A stretch of DNA of 64,000 bases. It comes from an uncultured Spirochaetota bacterium. Its GTDB lineage: Bacteria; Spirochaetota; Spirochaetia; SZUA-6; CAVTHK01. Where the stretch lies: the NCBI GenBank assembly GCA_963734495.1, contig CAVTHK010000011.1, positions 224,001 to 288,000 of the forward strand, in the 5' to 3' direction. Shown here in pieces: positions 20,417 through 29,573 of the stretch. Made by a program: the position numbers and the translations under genes. Positions within the stretch are counted from its first letter, which is position 1. Every line of letters begins with the position of its first letter. Under the pieces are notes generated by a model. The model made no database searches. It was not told the DNA's origin and saw nothing but the letters and a program-made list of their open reading frames with translations.

Positions 20417-21472
20417 TCACGCGATCGCCTTGCCGGTCCTCTGCTGGCGAACCAGGTCCAGGACCTGCGTCCACCCTTTGATGAAGCTGTCGCGGAACTT
20501 GACCACGGGACCGTAGCCCGCGTACTGACTCCTGGCGAGCCCGTCCTCGAGGTAGGCGCAGGCGAAGTCCGGCAGTCGCGCCAGCAGCTCGTCCACGAGC
20601 GCGCGGGGCTCCGGCGCATCGATGCGGCGGACGACGGGGCCGTCCTGCTCGATCAGCTTGTCCGCGGTTCCCTTCCAGTTGATCGTGATGTCGACCTCTC
20701 CCCCGACGAAGTCGGTAAAGTGGGCGAGCCCGCGCGCACCGCCGCCGAGCAGGATCCCCGGATAGCCCCGCTCCTTCATCAGGTGATACTGCTTGCGGGC
20801 GACGACCGCGCCGGCGATCGCGAGCGCGTCCGGCGAGACGGCGATGCGTTTTCGCTCCGCCGTCTCCTTGAGGTATTCGTCGAAGATGCCCGTGATGTGC
20901 GTCACGAAGAACGCGGGGCTGCTGCCGCTTTCGCGCGCGGCCCGCCGGTAGAGCTCGCACGCAGCGACGGCCTGCGCGATCGCCATGATCTCGGTCGCGA
21001 TGACGGGAACGTTCCGCCGCAGCAGCGCGTCCATCGCCGCGAGCCCGGCCTCGGTGGTCGGAATCTTGGCGATGAAGTTGGCGCCCAGCTTCGCGTGGCG
21101 CAGCGCCTCGTTTACGATGCCATCGGCGTCGGTGTCTTTCAGCGGGTTGCCCTGAATCGAGACGAACCCCTCGCGCCGGGGAGCGGCCTCGTGCAGCTCG
21201 AGGAACTCGGCCATGATGCGCCGGGCGAGACGCTGCTGCACCAGGTCGACCGCTTCCTGATCGTCGTCGGCCTCCGAGACCGCCCGGGCGACCGCCCGCG
21301 TCACCTCGGCCCCGTCGGATTCCGCTGTCAGCAGCTTCGAGGCGTACGACGGGTTGGTCGTGCAAGCGATAGCGCCTGCCGCAATCGACTTGCGCGCCTC
21401 TTCCACGGTCGGGTTGTTGATCCACAGCCGCGTCGGCGTCTGTTCCGCTACCCGCTGAAAGTAGCCCTTCAT
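20417..21472 (-). CDS. Transaldolase-family protein (atypical)
   Basis: CTTNPSY, FVSIQ, FIAKIPTTEAG (Schiff-base Lys), LLGGGARG; ATGA overlap with transketolase gene. Confidence 0.8.
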   Translation of the reverse strand: MKGYFQRVAEQTPTRLWINNPTVEEARKSIAAGAIACTTNPSYASKLLTAESDGAEVTRAVARAVSEADDDQEAVDLVQQRLARRIMAEFLELHEAAPRREGFVSIQGNPLKDTDADGIVNEALRHAKLGANFIAKIPTTEAGLAAMDALLRRNVPVIATEIMAIAQAVAACELYRRAARESGSSPAFFVTHITGIFDEYLKETAERKRIAVSPDALAIAGAVVARKQYHLMKERGYPGILLGGGARGLAHFTDFVGGEVDITINWKGTADKLIEQDGPVVRRIDAPEPRALVDELLARLPDFACAYLEDGLARSQYAGYGPVVKFRDSFIKGWTQVLDLVRQQRTGKAIA

Positions 21473-22455
21473 TTTCGCCCCTTCTTGCGGGCATGCGCTT
21501 CGCGCATGGCGGCCACGATGTCGCCGACCCCCATCGCGTACCTGTCGAGCAGTGCCTCGGCTTCGCCGGACTCGGGGAAGGTGTCCTTGAGGCCGACGCG
21601 CGCGAGCGGCGTCGGGCAGAGGTCCGCGGCCGCTTCCGCGATCGCGCTTCCGAGCCCTCCGATGATGTTGTGGTCCTCGACGGTCACGGCGGCGCCGGCG
21701 CGCGCGAGGATGTCCGCCACCCCCGGGGCGTCCAGCGGCTTCAGCGTGTGCACCTCGACCACCGTCGCCTTGAGCTCGTCCTTGATGCTCTCGGCCGCGG
21801 CCAGCGCGCGCTTGAGGATGGGCCCGCACGCGAACACCGCCACATCGCGCCCGTATTCCCGCATCACGCGGATCCTGCCGAATTCGAACGGCACGCCGGC
21901 GTCGAAGATCACGGGTTCCCTTCCGCTTCCGAGCCGGAGGAACCCCGGGCCGGGGCGCCTGGCGAGCGCGAGAGTCGCCTGCCTGGTTTCCGCCGCGTCG
22001 GCGGGCACGATCACGTCGATGCCGGGAATGCTTCGCAGGATCCCGAGGTCTTCGAAGAACTGGTGCGTCACGCCCTCGCGCTCGCCGCCGTAGAGCCCGC
22101 CGTTGAGGCCGACGAACTTGACCCGCAGCCCCGGGTAGGCGACGAACGTCCGCACCTGCTCGCACGCCCTCATCGTGATGAAGCCGGAGTACGTGCCGAC
22201 GAACGGCAGGACCCCGCACGATGCCAGGCCCGCGGCGACGGCCACCGCGCTCTGCTCGGCGATGCCGATCTCGAACAGGCGGGCGGGGTACGCATCGGCG
22301 AACCTGGTCGCGCGCAGCGCCTTGAGCGAGTCCGCGGACACCAGGGCAACCGAGGGGTCGGCGGCGGCCAGCTCCATCAGCGCGTCGACGAACGCTTCGC
22401 GGGTGCTTGCCATCTTCGCGGCGGCGGCGGGTTCCGTGGTCTTTCGCTCAGCCAT
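21469..22455 (-). CDS. Transketolase, C-terminal (pyrimidine-binding) subunit
   Basis: EIGIAEQ, RACEQVR, EGVTHQ, TLKPLD, VEDHNIIGGLG. Confidence 0.92.
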   Translation of the reverse strand: MAERKTTEPAAAAKMASTREAFVDALMELAAADPSVALVSADSLKALRATRFADAYPARLFEIGIAEQSAVAVAAGLASCGVLPFVGTYSGFITMRACEQVRTFVAYPGLRVKFVGLNGGLYGGEREGVTHQFFEDLGILRSIPGIDVIVPADAAETRQATLALARRPGPGFLRLGSGREPVIFDAGVPFEFGRIRVMREYGRDVAVFACGPILKRALAAAESIKDELKATVVEVHTLKPLDAPGVADILARAGAAVTVEDHNIIGGLGSAIAEAAADLCPTPLARVGLKDTFPESGEAEALLDRYAMGVGDIVAAMREAHARKKGRK

Positions 22456-23275
22456 TGGCCGCCTCCAGACACTCGATCGCCCTGGCCAGCTCCTCTTTCG
22501 TCGGCACCCGCTTGTGCCAGCTGTTGTCCCGCTCCATGAACGGCACGCCCTTGCCCTTGATGGTGCGCGCCACGATCACCGACGGCCGCGGGTCCGCGCG
22601 CGCCGCATCGACGGCGTTCAGGATCGCGGCGACGTCGTGTCCGTCGATCTCCTGCGTGTGCCACCCGAACGAGGCGAACTTCGCGGCGATGTCCCGCATG
22701 CCGCTGACCTCTTCGATGAGGCCGCCGCTCTGGTAGCCGTTGTAGTCGACGAACGCGATCAGCCGGCCGAGCTTCTGGTTGGCCGCGGACTGGGCCGCCT
22801 CCCACACGATTCCTTCGTTGAGCTCGCCGTCGCCCGTCACGACGAACACGTGGTAGTCCTGCTTCTGCATCCGGCCTGCCAGCGCCATCCCGGTGCCGAC
22901 CGCGAGCCCGTGCCCCAGCGAGCCGGTCGTCATGTCGATGCCGGGCGTCTTGCCCATGACCGGGTGTCCCTGCAGGATCGACCCCAGGCTGCGCAGCGTC
23001 GGCAGGAGGTCAGGGGAGAAGTAGCCCCTCCGTGCGAGCGCCGCGTACACGACGGGGCAGGAGTGCCCCTTTGACAGGATGAAGCGATCCCGCAGCGGCC
23101 AGCCCGGGTTGGCGGGATCGATCCGCAGCACCTTGAAGTACAGCACCGCCACGATGTCGGCGGCCGACAGAGCCGGTCCCGGATGCCCGTCGCCCGCGAG
23201 GTGCACCATCGTGAGCACGTCCCTGCGCAGCAGGTTGCCCGTTCGGGCAAGCTCCCTGTTGGATATCTGGTTCAT
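22448..23275 (-). CDS. Transketolase, N-terminal (TPP-binding) subunit
   Basis: GHPG, RDRFILSKGH, LQGHP, TGSLGHG, GDGELNEG, TIKGKGV. Confidence 0.94.
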   Translation of the reverse strand: MNQISNRELARTGNLLRRDVLTMVHLAGDGHPGPALSAADIVAVLYFKVLRIDPANPGWPLRDRFILSKGHSCPVVYAALARRGYFSPDLLPTLRSLGSILQGHPVMGKTPGIDMTTGSLGHGLAVGTGMALAGRMQKQDYHVFVVTGDGELNEGIVWEAAQSAANQKLGRLIAFVDYNGYQSGGLIEEVSGMRDIAAKFASFGWHTQEIDGHDVAAILNAVDAARADPRPSVIVARTIKGKGVPFMERDNSWHKRVPTKEELARAIECLEAANG

Positions 23276-23341
23276 TGGCGTCTGCCCGCCTTCTCCTTGG
23301 TCCGAGGCCCGGCGTGATTGTGTCCGGTCAACCTTGTGGAG

Positions 23342-25390
23342 TCAATCCAGCGGCAGCCAGATCGCCATCTCGGTTGACCCGCTGCGGTTGTCCCAGCAGA
23401 AGTACGGGATCATCCTGACTTTGGCCCGCCGCGGCGGCGCGCCGCTCACCTCGCGGTAGAGGTCGGTCCCCCAGTCCCTGTGCTCGTACTTGAGGGCCTC
23501 CCCTTCGAGCGCGATCACAGGCGCTCCCGCGATCGCATGCTTTGCGGGCTGGAGCTCGATGTCCCGCGGAATCGCCAGGTCGAAGATGTCGCCGCCGTCG
23601 GCGCGCATGTCCGCAGACTCGATGCAGTAGACCACGGGGCCGCGGAGCACGGCGACCTGGCCGCGGGTCTCCTCGAGGAGGTGATGGCCTTCGACCAGGC
23701 GCGTCCTCATGGGCAGGGAAAGCTCGACGACGTCTCCTGGCGCCCATTGCCTCCGCAGCTCGAAGAACCGCCCGGCCTCGGGGCCCGCCTTGTGGAGCTG
23801 CTTGCCCGCGCGGGACTTGACGACGAGCGACGCGGCATCGGCCCACTGCGGGATGCGCAGCATGAGCGCGAACTCGGTCGCCTTGGCAACGTTCACGGTG
23901 ATCGCGATTTCGCCGCTCCACGGGTATTCGGTCTTCTGCTCGAGGGTAACCTCGGTGCCGTTCACGAGCGAACCCTTCCAGGTGTTGGCGCCGTACAGGA
24001 CGGCCCAGACCGCGTCGTCCGTCACGCAGTAGGCGTAGCAGTTGGTCTCCGCGATCGTGCGCGCGATGTTGGGGGGGCAGCAGTAGCAGGCGATGTGGCC
24101 CTGCCTCTCTGTCGACCACCGCATCGGGAAAGGCACGCCCTTGGATCTCTTGAGCGCATTCGAGTAGAAGTACCGCGTGCCGTCCAGGCTGATCGTGGAC
24201 AGGATTCCGTTGATCAGAGTGCTCTCCAGCAGGTCCGCGTACTTGGCGTCGCCGGAGATCTGGAGCATCCGCCAGTTCCAAAGAGCGCTTCCGATGGTCG
24301 CGCAGCTTTCGTTGTAACCGGTCAGGTTGGGCAGCTCGTACTCCCTGCCGTACGACTGCTGCACGAAGTGAACGGCGTTGGGTCTCGGGGCCTGTTTGTC
24401 CTCCCTCTCGGGGTGAGGCTGATCGCCCTTGGCCATCAGCTCGTGGTGCAGGAATGTGCCATGAGTGCTGGGCGACGTTCCCGTGTTCAGCGCTCCGGTG
24501 GCGCCCGTCACGTAGAGCTTGTGCGAGACCAGGTCGTCCCAGATCGCGTGCAGCGCCGAGAGCAGGCTCTCGTCCCCGCTCTCCGCGTAGACGTCAGCCG
24601 CGCCCGCGTAGAGGTAGTTCGCCCTGACGCCGTGTCCGACCGCCTTGGTCTGCTGGCGGAACGGCAAGCGTTCCTGGTTCATATCCGTGCCGTTCTCGAC
24701 CAGGTCGCGCATATCGATGAACTTCTTTCCGAGCTCCAGGTAGCGGGAATCGCCCGTCGTTCGGTACATCTCGATGATGCCCATGTAGTGTGAAGGGCAG
24801 ATATCGAAACGCGCCAGGTCCGGCGTCGGTTTGGCGAACGCCTTGCACAGGAAGTCACTCAGCTTGATCGCGATGTCCAGCAATGTCCGCTTTCCGGTGA
24901 TCCTGTAGTGCAGGCAGGCCGCAGTCATCAGATGCCCGCAGTTGTACGTCTCGAACTCGATCGCCCGTTCGAACGGCCTGGCCTCCGCGCGGCCCCGCAC
25001 CTTGTCGAGCGCGAGCCGCGTGTATATGTAGCCGTCCCCCTGCTGGACCTTGCCGATCACCGAGATGACGGTGTCGATCAGTCTTTCGAGCTCCGAATCG
25101 CGGCTGATGTTGTACACTGCAATGGCGGCTTCCAGCCACTTGTAGAGGTCACCATCGGAGAATCCATATCCCTCGTGCTGATGTCCTTCTTTCTCCCCGA
25201 CGGCCCTGAGGAAGTTCCCGTAGTGCGGGTTCTGCATCTCCTGCCAGAGGTGCTTGATGGTGGCACTGGCGCAGGCGTCGAACCGCTCGGCCCACAGCCC
25301 CGACGTCCAGCGGACCGAGTCGACGTCGACGCTCTTGAGCTTCATGTGCGGAGTCTGCAGGTTGTTCGTGATGCCCTTGCCCTTTTTCAC
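23342..25390 (-). CDS. Glycoside hydrolase family 127 (beta-L-arabinofuranosidase/aceric acid hydrolase-like)
   Basis: DGDLYKWLEA, ETYNCGHL, GHGVRANYLY, YNESCA, CYCCPPN, LRIPQWA, RGPVVYC, IPYFCWDNR. Confidence 0.92.
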   Translation of the reverse strand: MKKGKGITNNLQTPHMKLKSVDVDSVRWTSGLWAERFDACASATIKHLWQEMQNPHYGNFLRAVGEKEGHQHEGYGFSDGDLYKWLEAAIAVYNISRDSELERLIDTVISVIGKVQQGDGYIYTRLALDKVRGRAEARPFERAIEFETYNCGHLMTAACLHYRITGKRTLLDIAIKLSDFLCKAFAKPTPDLARFDICPSHYMGIIEMYRTTGDSRYLELGKKFIDMRDLVENGTDMNQERLPFRQQTKAVGHGVRANYLYAGAADVYAESGDESLLSALHAIWDDLVSHKLYVTGATGALNTGTSPSTHGTFLHHELMAKGDQPHPEREDKQAPRPNAVHFVQQSYGREYELPNLTGYNESCATIGSALWNWRMLQISGDAKYADLLESTLINGILSTISLDGTRYFYSNALKRSKGVPFPMRWSTERQGHIACYCCPPNIARTIAETNCYAYCVTDDAVWAVLYGANTWKGSLVNGTEVTLEQKTEYPWSGEIAITVNVAKATEFALMLRIPQWADAASLVVKSRAGKQLHKAGPEAGRFFELRRQWAPGDVVELSLPMRTRLVEGHHLLEETRGQVAVLRGPVVYCIESADMRADGGDIFDLAIPRDIELQPAKHAIAGAPVIALEGEALKYEHRDWGTDLYREVSGAPPRRAKVRMIPYFCWDNRSGSTEMAIWLPLD

Positions 25391-25433
25391 TCTTGATTCC
25401 TCCTCTTTGCAGCGCAGCGCGTGAAAAAGCCTG

Positions 25434-25462
25434 TTGACATCCAGCCTAACATGCTATAGAGT
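25434..25462 (+). promoter_or_regulatory. Sigma70 promoter with embedded candidate operator (copy 1)
   Basis: TTGACA-17bp-TAGAGT; contains CTAACATGCTATAGA, shared with 34316-34330. Confidence 0.7.
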
Positions 25463-25481
25463 GCGCGTCAAGCGAGGCCGG

Positions 25482-26261
25482 ATGTCGCGCGCAATGCGGC
25501 CGCGGCGGCGGCTCCCGGAGGCGGGGGTCGCGCGCCGGGACCCGCCCCTGGATGACTCGAACAAGGAACCCCTCGATCGCTCCCGGTACGGCTCGCAGGC
25601 GAAGCGGGCGTACGAGGAGATCAGGATGGCCATCATCACCCAGGAGGTCCTGCCCGGCACTCCGATCACCGCCGAGCTCTACGCGAACCAGCTGGGCATG
25701 AGCCGCACGCCGGTCCGCGAGGCGATCGTGCGCCTGGCGCACGAGGACCTCGTCACGGTCGTCCCTCGCAAGGGGGCCTTTGTCCGCGTTTTCACCTCCG
25801 AGCAGATCAGGCACAACTACGAGATCGCCGAGGCCCTCGAGGGGATGATCGTCTACCTCGCCACGCCCCGGATCACGCGCGACGCCGTGAATCACCTCGA
25901 AAAGCTGATGACGAACATGGAAAAATCGCTCGAGCGCCGCGACATCGAAACATGGGTGCGGCTCGACGAGGAGTTCCACACCGTCCTGAACTCGTTCTGT
26001 GACAACGGCTACCTGGTCCACAACCGCGCGAGCATCCAGAGCCAGATCCTGAGGTCCAGGCTTCTGCGGGTCCCTTCGTGGGTGGACAAGGTCGAGTCCA
26101 ACCGCGATCACAGGCGCATCTGGGAAGCGGTCAAGCGGCGCGACGCCGGCGGCGCGCGCGACGCCATGCACGCCCACTGGGAGCGGATCAGGGAGGAGTT
26201 CGTCCGCATATCCGCGGACGTAGCCAGCGCCGCGAACGCGGCGGCCCGCAGGGCGAGGTAG
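25482..26261 (+). CDS. GntR family (FCD) transcriptional regulator
   Basis: AYEEIRMAII..LGMSRTPVREAI..L..E.LV...PRKG; FCD domain DEEFH, HRRI; start uncertain. Confidence 0.9.
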   Translation: MSRAMRPRRRLPEAGVARRDPPLDDSNKEPLDRSRYGSQAKRAYEEIRMAIITQEVLPGTPITAELYANQLGMSRTPVREAIVRLAHEDLVTVVPRKGAFVRVFTSEQIRHNYEIAEALEGMIVYLATPRITRDAVNHLEKLMTNMEKSLERRDIETWVRLDEEFHTVLNSFCDNGYLVHNRASIQSQILRSRLLRVPSWVDKVESNRDHRRIWEAVKRRDAGGARDAMHAHWERIREEFVRISADVASAANAAARRAR

Positions 26262-26371
26262 GAGCGCGGCGCAGGAGCGTGGGGCCGGCGCCGCATCGAT
26301 CGATGGAACGCGGAGCCCGCCCGTACGGGTGAGGCAGAAAAGACATGCGCGTGAGTGCAAGGGAGGTGGCA

Positions 26372-27655
26372 ATGAGGAAAGCACTGCTTCTCGCGGTTGC
26401 GCTGCTTGCGGCGCTCGGACCGGCGTTCGGCAGCGGGCAGCCGGCCAAGGAGACGCCCAAGGAGCTCGTGGTCTGGCACCAGGCCGACACGCCGCTGACG
26501 CTCAAGGCCCTGGAGATGGTCATCGCCGAGTTCGAGAAGAAGAACCCCGGCCTCAAGATCAAGTACCAGCTCATGGACATGCAGAACATGAAGCAGAGCA
26601 TGAGCACCGCGGTTCCGAGCGGGCTGGGCCCGGACATCTTCGGCAGCTCGATCGGCGCATACCTGTGGTCCGTGATCGATGCCGGCCTTCTCTATGACAT
26701 GACGGACGCGTATGCGAAGAACAAGTGGGAGCAGCGCGTGGTCCCCTGGTCGAAGCCGTACACCAAGTACAAGGGCCGCTACTGGTCGGTCCCGAACGAG
26801 GCCGAGCTCGTCGACGTCTTCTACTATCACAAGGAAATCTTCCAGCAGAAGGGCTTCGCGGTCCCGACTCAGTGGGAGGACCTGATCGTCCTCGCGGACA
26901 AGCTGAAGAAGGACGGCGCCGCGACAGCGATTGCCGCGCCGGGGGCCTTTACCGTGTTCAACGCGCACTGGGAAGCGATGACGCATGGAGTCGGCGTTTC
27001 GCAGGAGCTCCTGGACCAGACCTGCTTCAACAAGGGCAGCTGGGACAGGCCCGAGTTCGAGCGCGGCTTCGGGCTGCTCAAGGACCTCAACGACCGGCAG
27101 CTCTGGGGCAAGGACTTCAACGCGGTCCAGTACCCCGAGGCGCTCAGCCTCTTCGTCACGAAGAAGTCGCCGATGTACCTCAACGGCACCTGGGTGCTGA
27201 ACACTCTGATCCAGGACAAGACCCTTCAGTTCGACTTCTTCGTCCCGCCCCCTCTCAAGGGCGTCAAGGGAAGGCCGTCGATCAACTGCGGGTCCGGGTG
27301 GCAGATCTCGGCAAAGGCCAAGAACACCGACATGGCGCTCAAGTTCCTCGACCTCGTCATCAGCGAGTGGGGAGAGAAGACCTGGCTCGAGAACACCCAG
27401 TGGGTGCCGCCGACGCGGGTCAACACCAGCACTGTCAAGCTCAGCGAGTACCAGCAAAAGGTCCTCGCGGCTACGACGCTTCCCGCCGTCGCCTACAGCA
27501 TGTTCAACATCATGCCGGAGGATGTGAACAAGGCCACCTGGGCGAAGATGCAGGAGATGTACCTGGGCAAGGCCACTCCGAAGCAGGTGGTCGAGACCAA
27601 GCAGAAGGTGTGGGAGACCGCCATCAAAGAGGGCAGGGTTCCTGACCCGAGGTAG
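26372..27655 (+). CDS. Sugar ABC transporter substrate-binding protein
   Basis: Signal peptide MRKALLLAVALL; FEKKNPG, GPDIF, MYLNGTW; adjacent permeases. Confidence 0.9.
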   Translation: MRKALLLAVALLAALGPAFGSGQPAKETPKELVVWHQADTPLTLKALEMVIAEFEKKNPGLKIKYQLMDMQNMKQSMSTAVPSGLGPDIFGSSIGAYLWSVIDAGLLYDMTDAYAKNKWEQRVVPWSKPYTKYKGRYWSVPNEAELVDVFYYHKEIFQQKGFAVPTQWEDLIVLADKLKKDGAATAIAAPGAFTVFNAHWEAMTHGVGVSQELLDQTCFNKGSWDRPEFERGFGLLKDLNDRQLWGKDFNAVQYPEALSLFVTKKSPMYLNGTWVLNTLIQDKTLQFDFFVPPPLKGVKGRPSINCGSGWQISAKAKNTDMALKFLDLVISEWGEKTWLENTQWVPPTRVNTSTVKLSEYQQKVLAATTLPAVAYSMFNIMPEDVNKATWAKMQEMYLGKATPKQVVETKQKVWETAIKEGRVPDPR

Positions 27656-27731
27656 CTCGACGAAGTCGTCGCGGTGGGTCAGAGGCGCGCAGCCTCTGAC
27701 CCACTCGATCTGGCAGACGAGGTGACCGGTG

Positions 27732-28652
27732 ATGCGCGCGCTACGGACCCGTGGTTTCGTGCGGAGAGTGCTGGCCCCCAGGACCTTCGAGGACAGGCTG
27801 CTGCGGGCCGGCTATGCGTTCGCGCTGCCCGCCCTGATCGTGTACTGCGTGGTCGTCGTGTACCCGACGATCTCCACCACGATCCTCAGCTTCTACAAGT
27901 GGACCGGGTTCACGAAGAGCCGCGAATGGGTCGGGCTCGGCAACTACGTGCGGCTGGCGAACGACGAGCTCGTGCGACAGGCGTTTGTCCACAACCTGGT
28001 CTGGGTCGTGGGGGCCGTGTGCTTTCCGCTGTTCTTCGGGCTCATCGCTTCGGTCCTGATGACAAGCAACATCGCGGGCCGCTACTTCTTCAGGGTCGTG
28101 TTCTACCTTCCGATGATCTTTCCCCCGGTCGTCACGGCCATCGTCTGGCAGTGGATGTTTGCGACGAGCATCGGGCTGGTCAACTCGTTCCTGAGGTTCA
28201 TCGGGCTGGGGTTCCTCGCGCAGCCGTGGCTCGGCCGGCCGGAGACGGCGCTGCTGGCCCTGATAGGCGTCTTTGCCTGGATATTCTTCGGCTTCTGCGT
28301 CGTGATCATACTGGCTGCGCTGCAGACGGTGGACCCCAACCTCAAGGAGGCAGCGCGCATCGACGGGGCTAACGCGCCCCAGATCACGATCTACATCACG
28401 CTTCCCTCGATCAGGCACGAGCTGGAGTTCATGGTCCTCTTCATGGTCATCACGGCGATGAAGGTCTTTAACCTGCCCTACATCATGACCGGCGGTGGCC
28501 CCGGTTACGCGACCGAAGTGGTGGCGACCGTGATGTACCAGAAGGCGTTCGGCGAGAGCCAGATGGGCTACGGGGCCGCGATCGCCACGGCGCTGATGGT
28601 CGTCGTGGTCGCCGCCTACGCGCTCAGCCGCATGCGGCGCAAAGAGGCCTAA
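27732..28652 (+). CDS. Sugar ABC permease (MalF-like)
   Basis: WVGLGNY, LKEAARIDGA, MTGGGP. Confidence 0.93.
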   Translation: MRALRTRGFVRRVLAPRTFEDRLLRAGYAFALPALIVYCVVVVYPTISTTILSFYKWTGFTKSREWVGLGNYVRLANDELVRQAFVHNLVWVVGAVCFPLFFGLIASVLMTSNIAGRYFFRVVFYLPMIFPPVVTAIVWQWMFATSIGLVNSFLRFIGLGFLAQPWLGRPETALLALIGVFAWIFFGFCVVIILAALQTVDPNLKEAARIDGANAPQITIYITLPSIRHELEFMVLFMVITAMKVFNLPYIMTGGGPGYATEVVATVMYQKAFGESQMGYGAAIATALMVVVVAAYALSRMRRKEA

Positions 28653-28655
28653 GCC

Positions 28656-29510
28656 ATGACAGCGCTGTTCATGAGACGCGGGCGCCTGAAGAAGCTGGCG
28701 TCGCTGGGCCTCGTCTACCTCATCCTGATCGGTGTCTCCCTGGCGATCGTGTCGCCCATGCTCTGGATGGGACTCACGTCGTTCAAGGAAAGCATCGAGA
28801 TGTTCAAGGACCCGTTCGGGCTCCCCAAAGAGTGGCACTGGGACAACTTCCCGAAGGCCTGGTTTCAGGGCCGGTTCAACTCCTACTTCCTGAACACCGT
28901 GCTGGTCACCCTTCCCGCGGTGGCCGGCGGGGTGTGCCTTTCGTCCGCATGCGGGTACGCGCTGGGAAAGATGTCCTTTCCGGGAAGATCGGCCATCACC
29001 ACGTTCGTGGTGGCGGGGCTCGCCATCCCCTTGTACTCCATAGTGATCCCCCTGTGGTTCGTGCTCCGGGCGCTCGGGCTCGTCGAAAACCTCCGGGGCG
29101 TCGTCGTCGCCCAGATCGGCACCGGTCTCCCGTTCGGCATCATGCTCATGAGGGCCTTTTTTCTGGGCGTGGACAAGAGTTACGCGGACTCCGCCCGCGT
29201 CGACGGGTGCAACGAGTTCGTGACGTTCTCCCGCGTCGTTCTGCCGCTGGCGAAGCCGGCGGTGCTCGCGCTGATCATCTTCGAGTTCCAGTCGAGCTGG
29301 AACGCGTTCCTGCTTCCACTGCTGATCACGCACGACGAGTCCAAGCGCGTGCTCAACATCGGACTGATGTTCTTCAAGTCGCGTTACGAGACCGATTACT
29401 CCCTGCTGGCTGCGGGGGTGATGATCGCGACGATCCCCATCGTGATCGTCTACCTCGCGTTCAGCCGTTACTTCGTCGAGGGGATATCCGCGGGCGGCCT
29501 CAAGGAATGA
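28656..29510 (+). CDS. Sugar ABC permease (MalG-like)
   Basis: DSARVDG, WNAFLLPL, GISAGGLKE. Confidence 0.93.
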   Translation: MTALFMRRGRLKKLASLGLVYLILIGVSLAIVSPMLWMGLTSFKESIEMFKDPFGLPKEWHWDNFPKAWFQGRFNSYFLNTVLVTLPAVAGGVCLSSACGYALGKMSFPGRSAITTFVVAGLAIPLYSIVIPLWFVLRALGLVENLRGVVVAQIGTGLPFGIMLMRAFFLGVDKSYADSARVDGCNEFVTFSRVVLPLAKPAVLALIIFEFQSSWNAFLLPLLITHDESKRVLNIGLMFFKSRYETDYSLLAAGVMIATIPIVIVYLAFSRYFVEGISAGGLKE

Positions 29511-29573
29511 CCTCGCGGAGGACCTTTCGACCGGGATCCACAGCACAGATCGCGCAACTGAGGTGAGGCGGAA

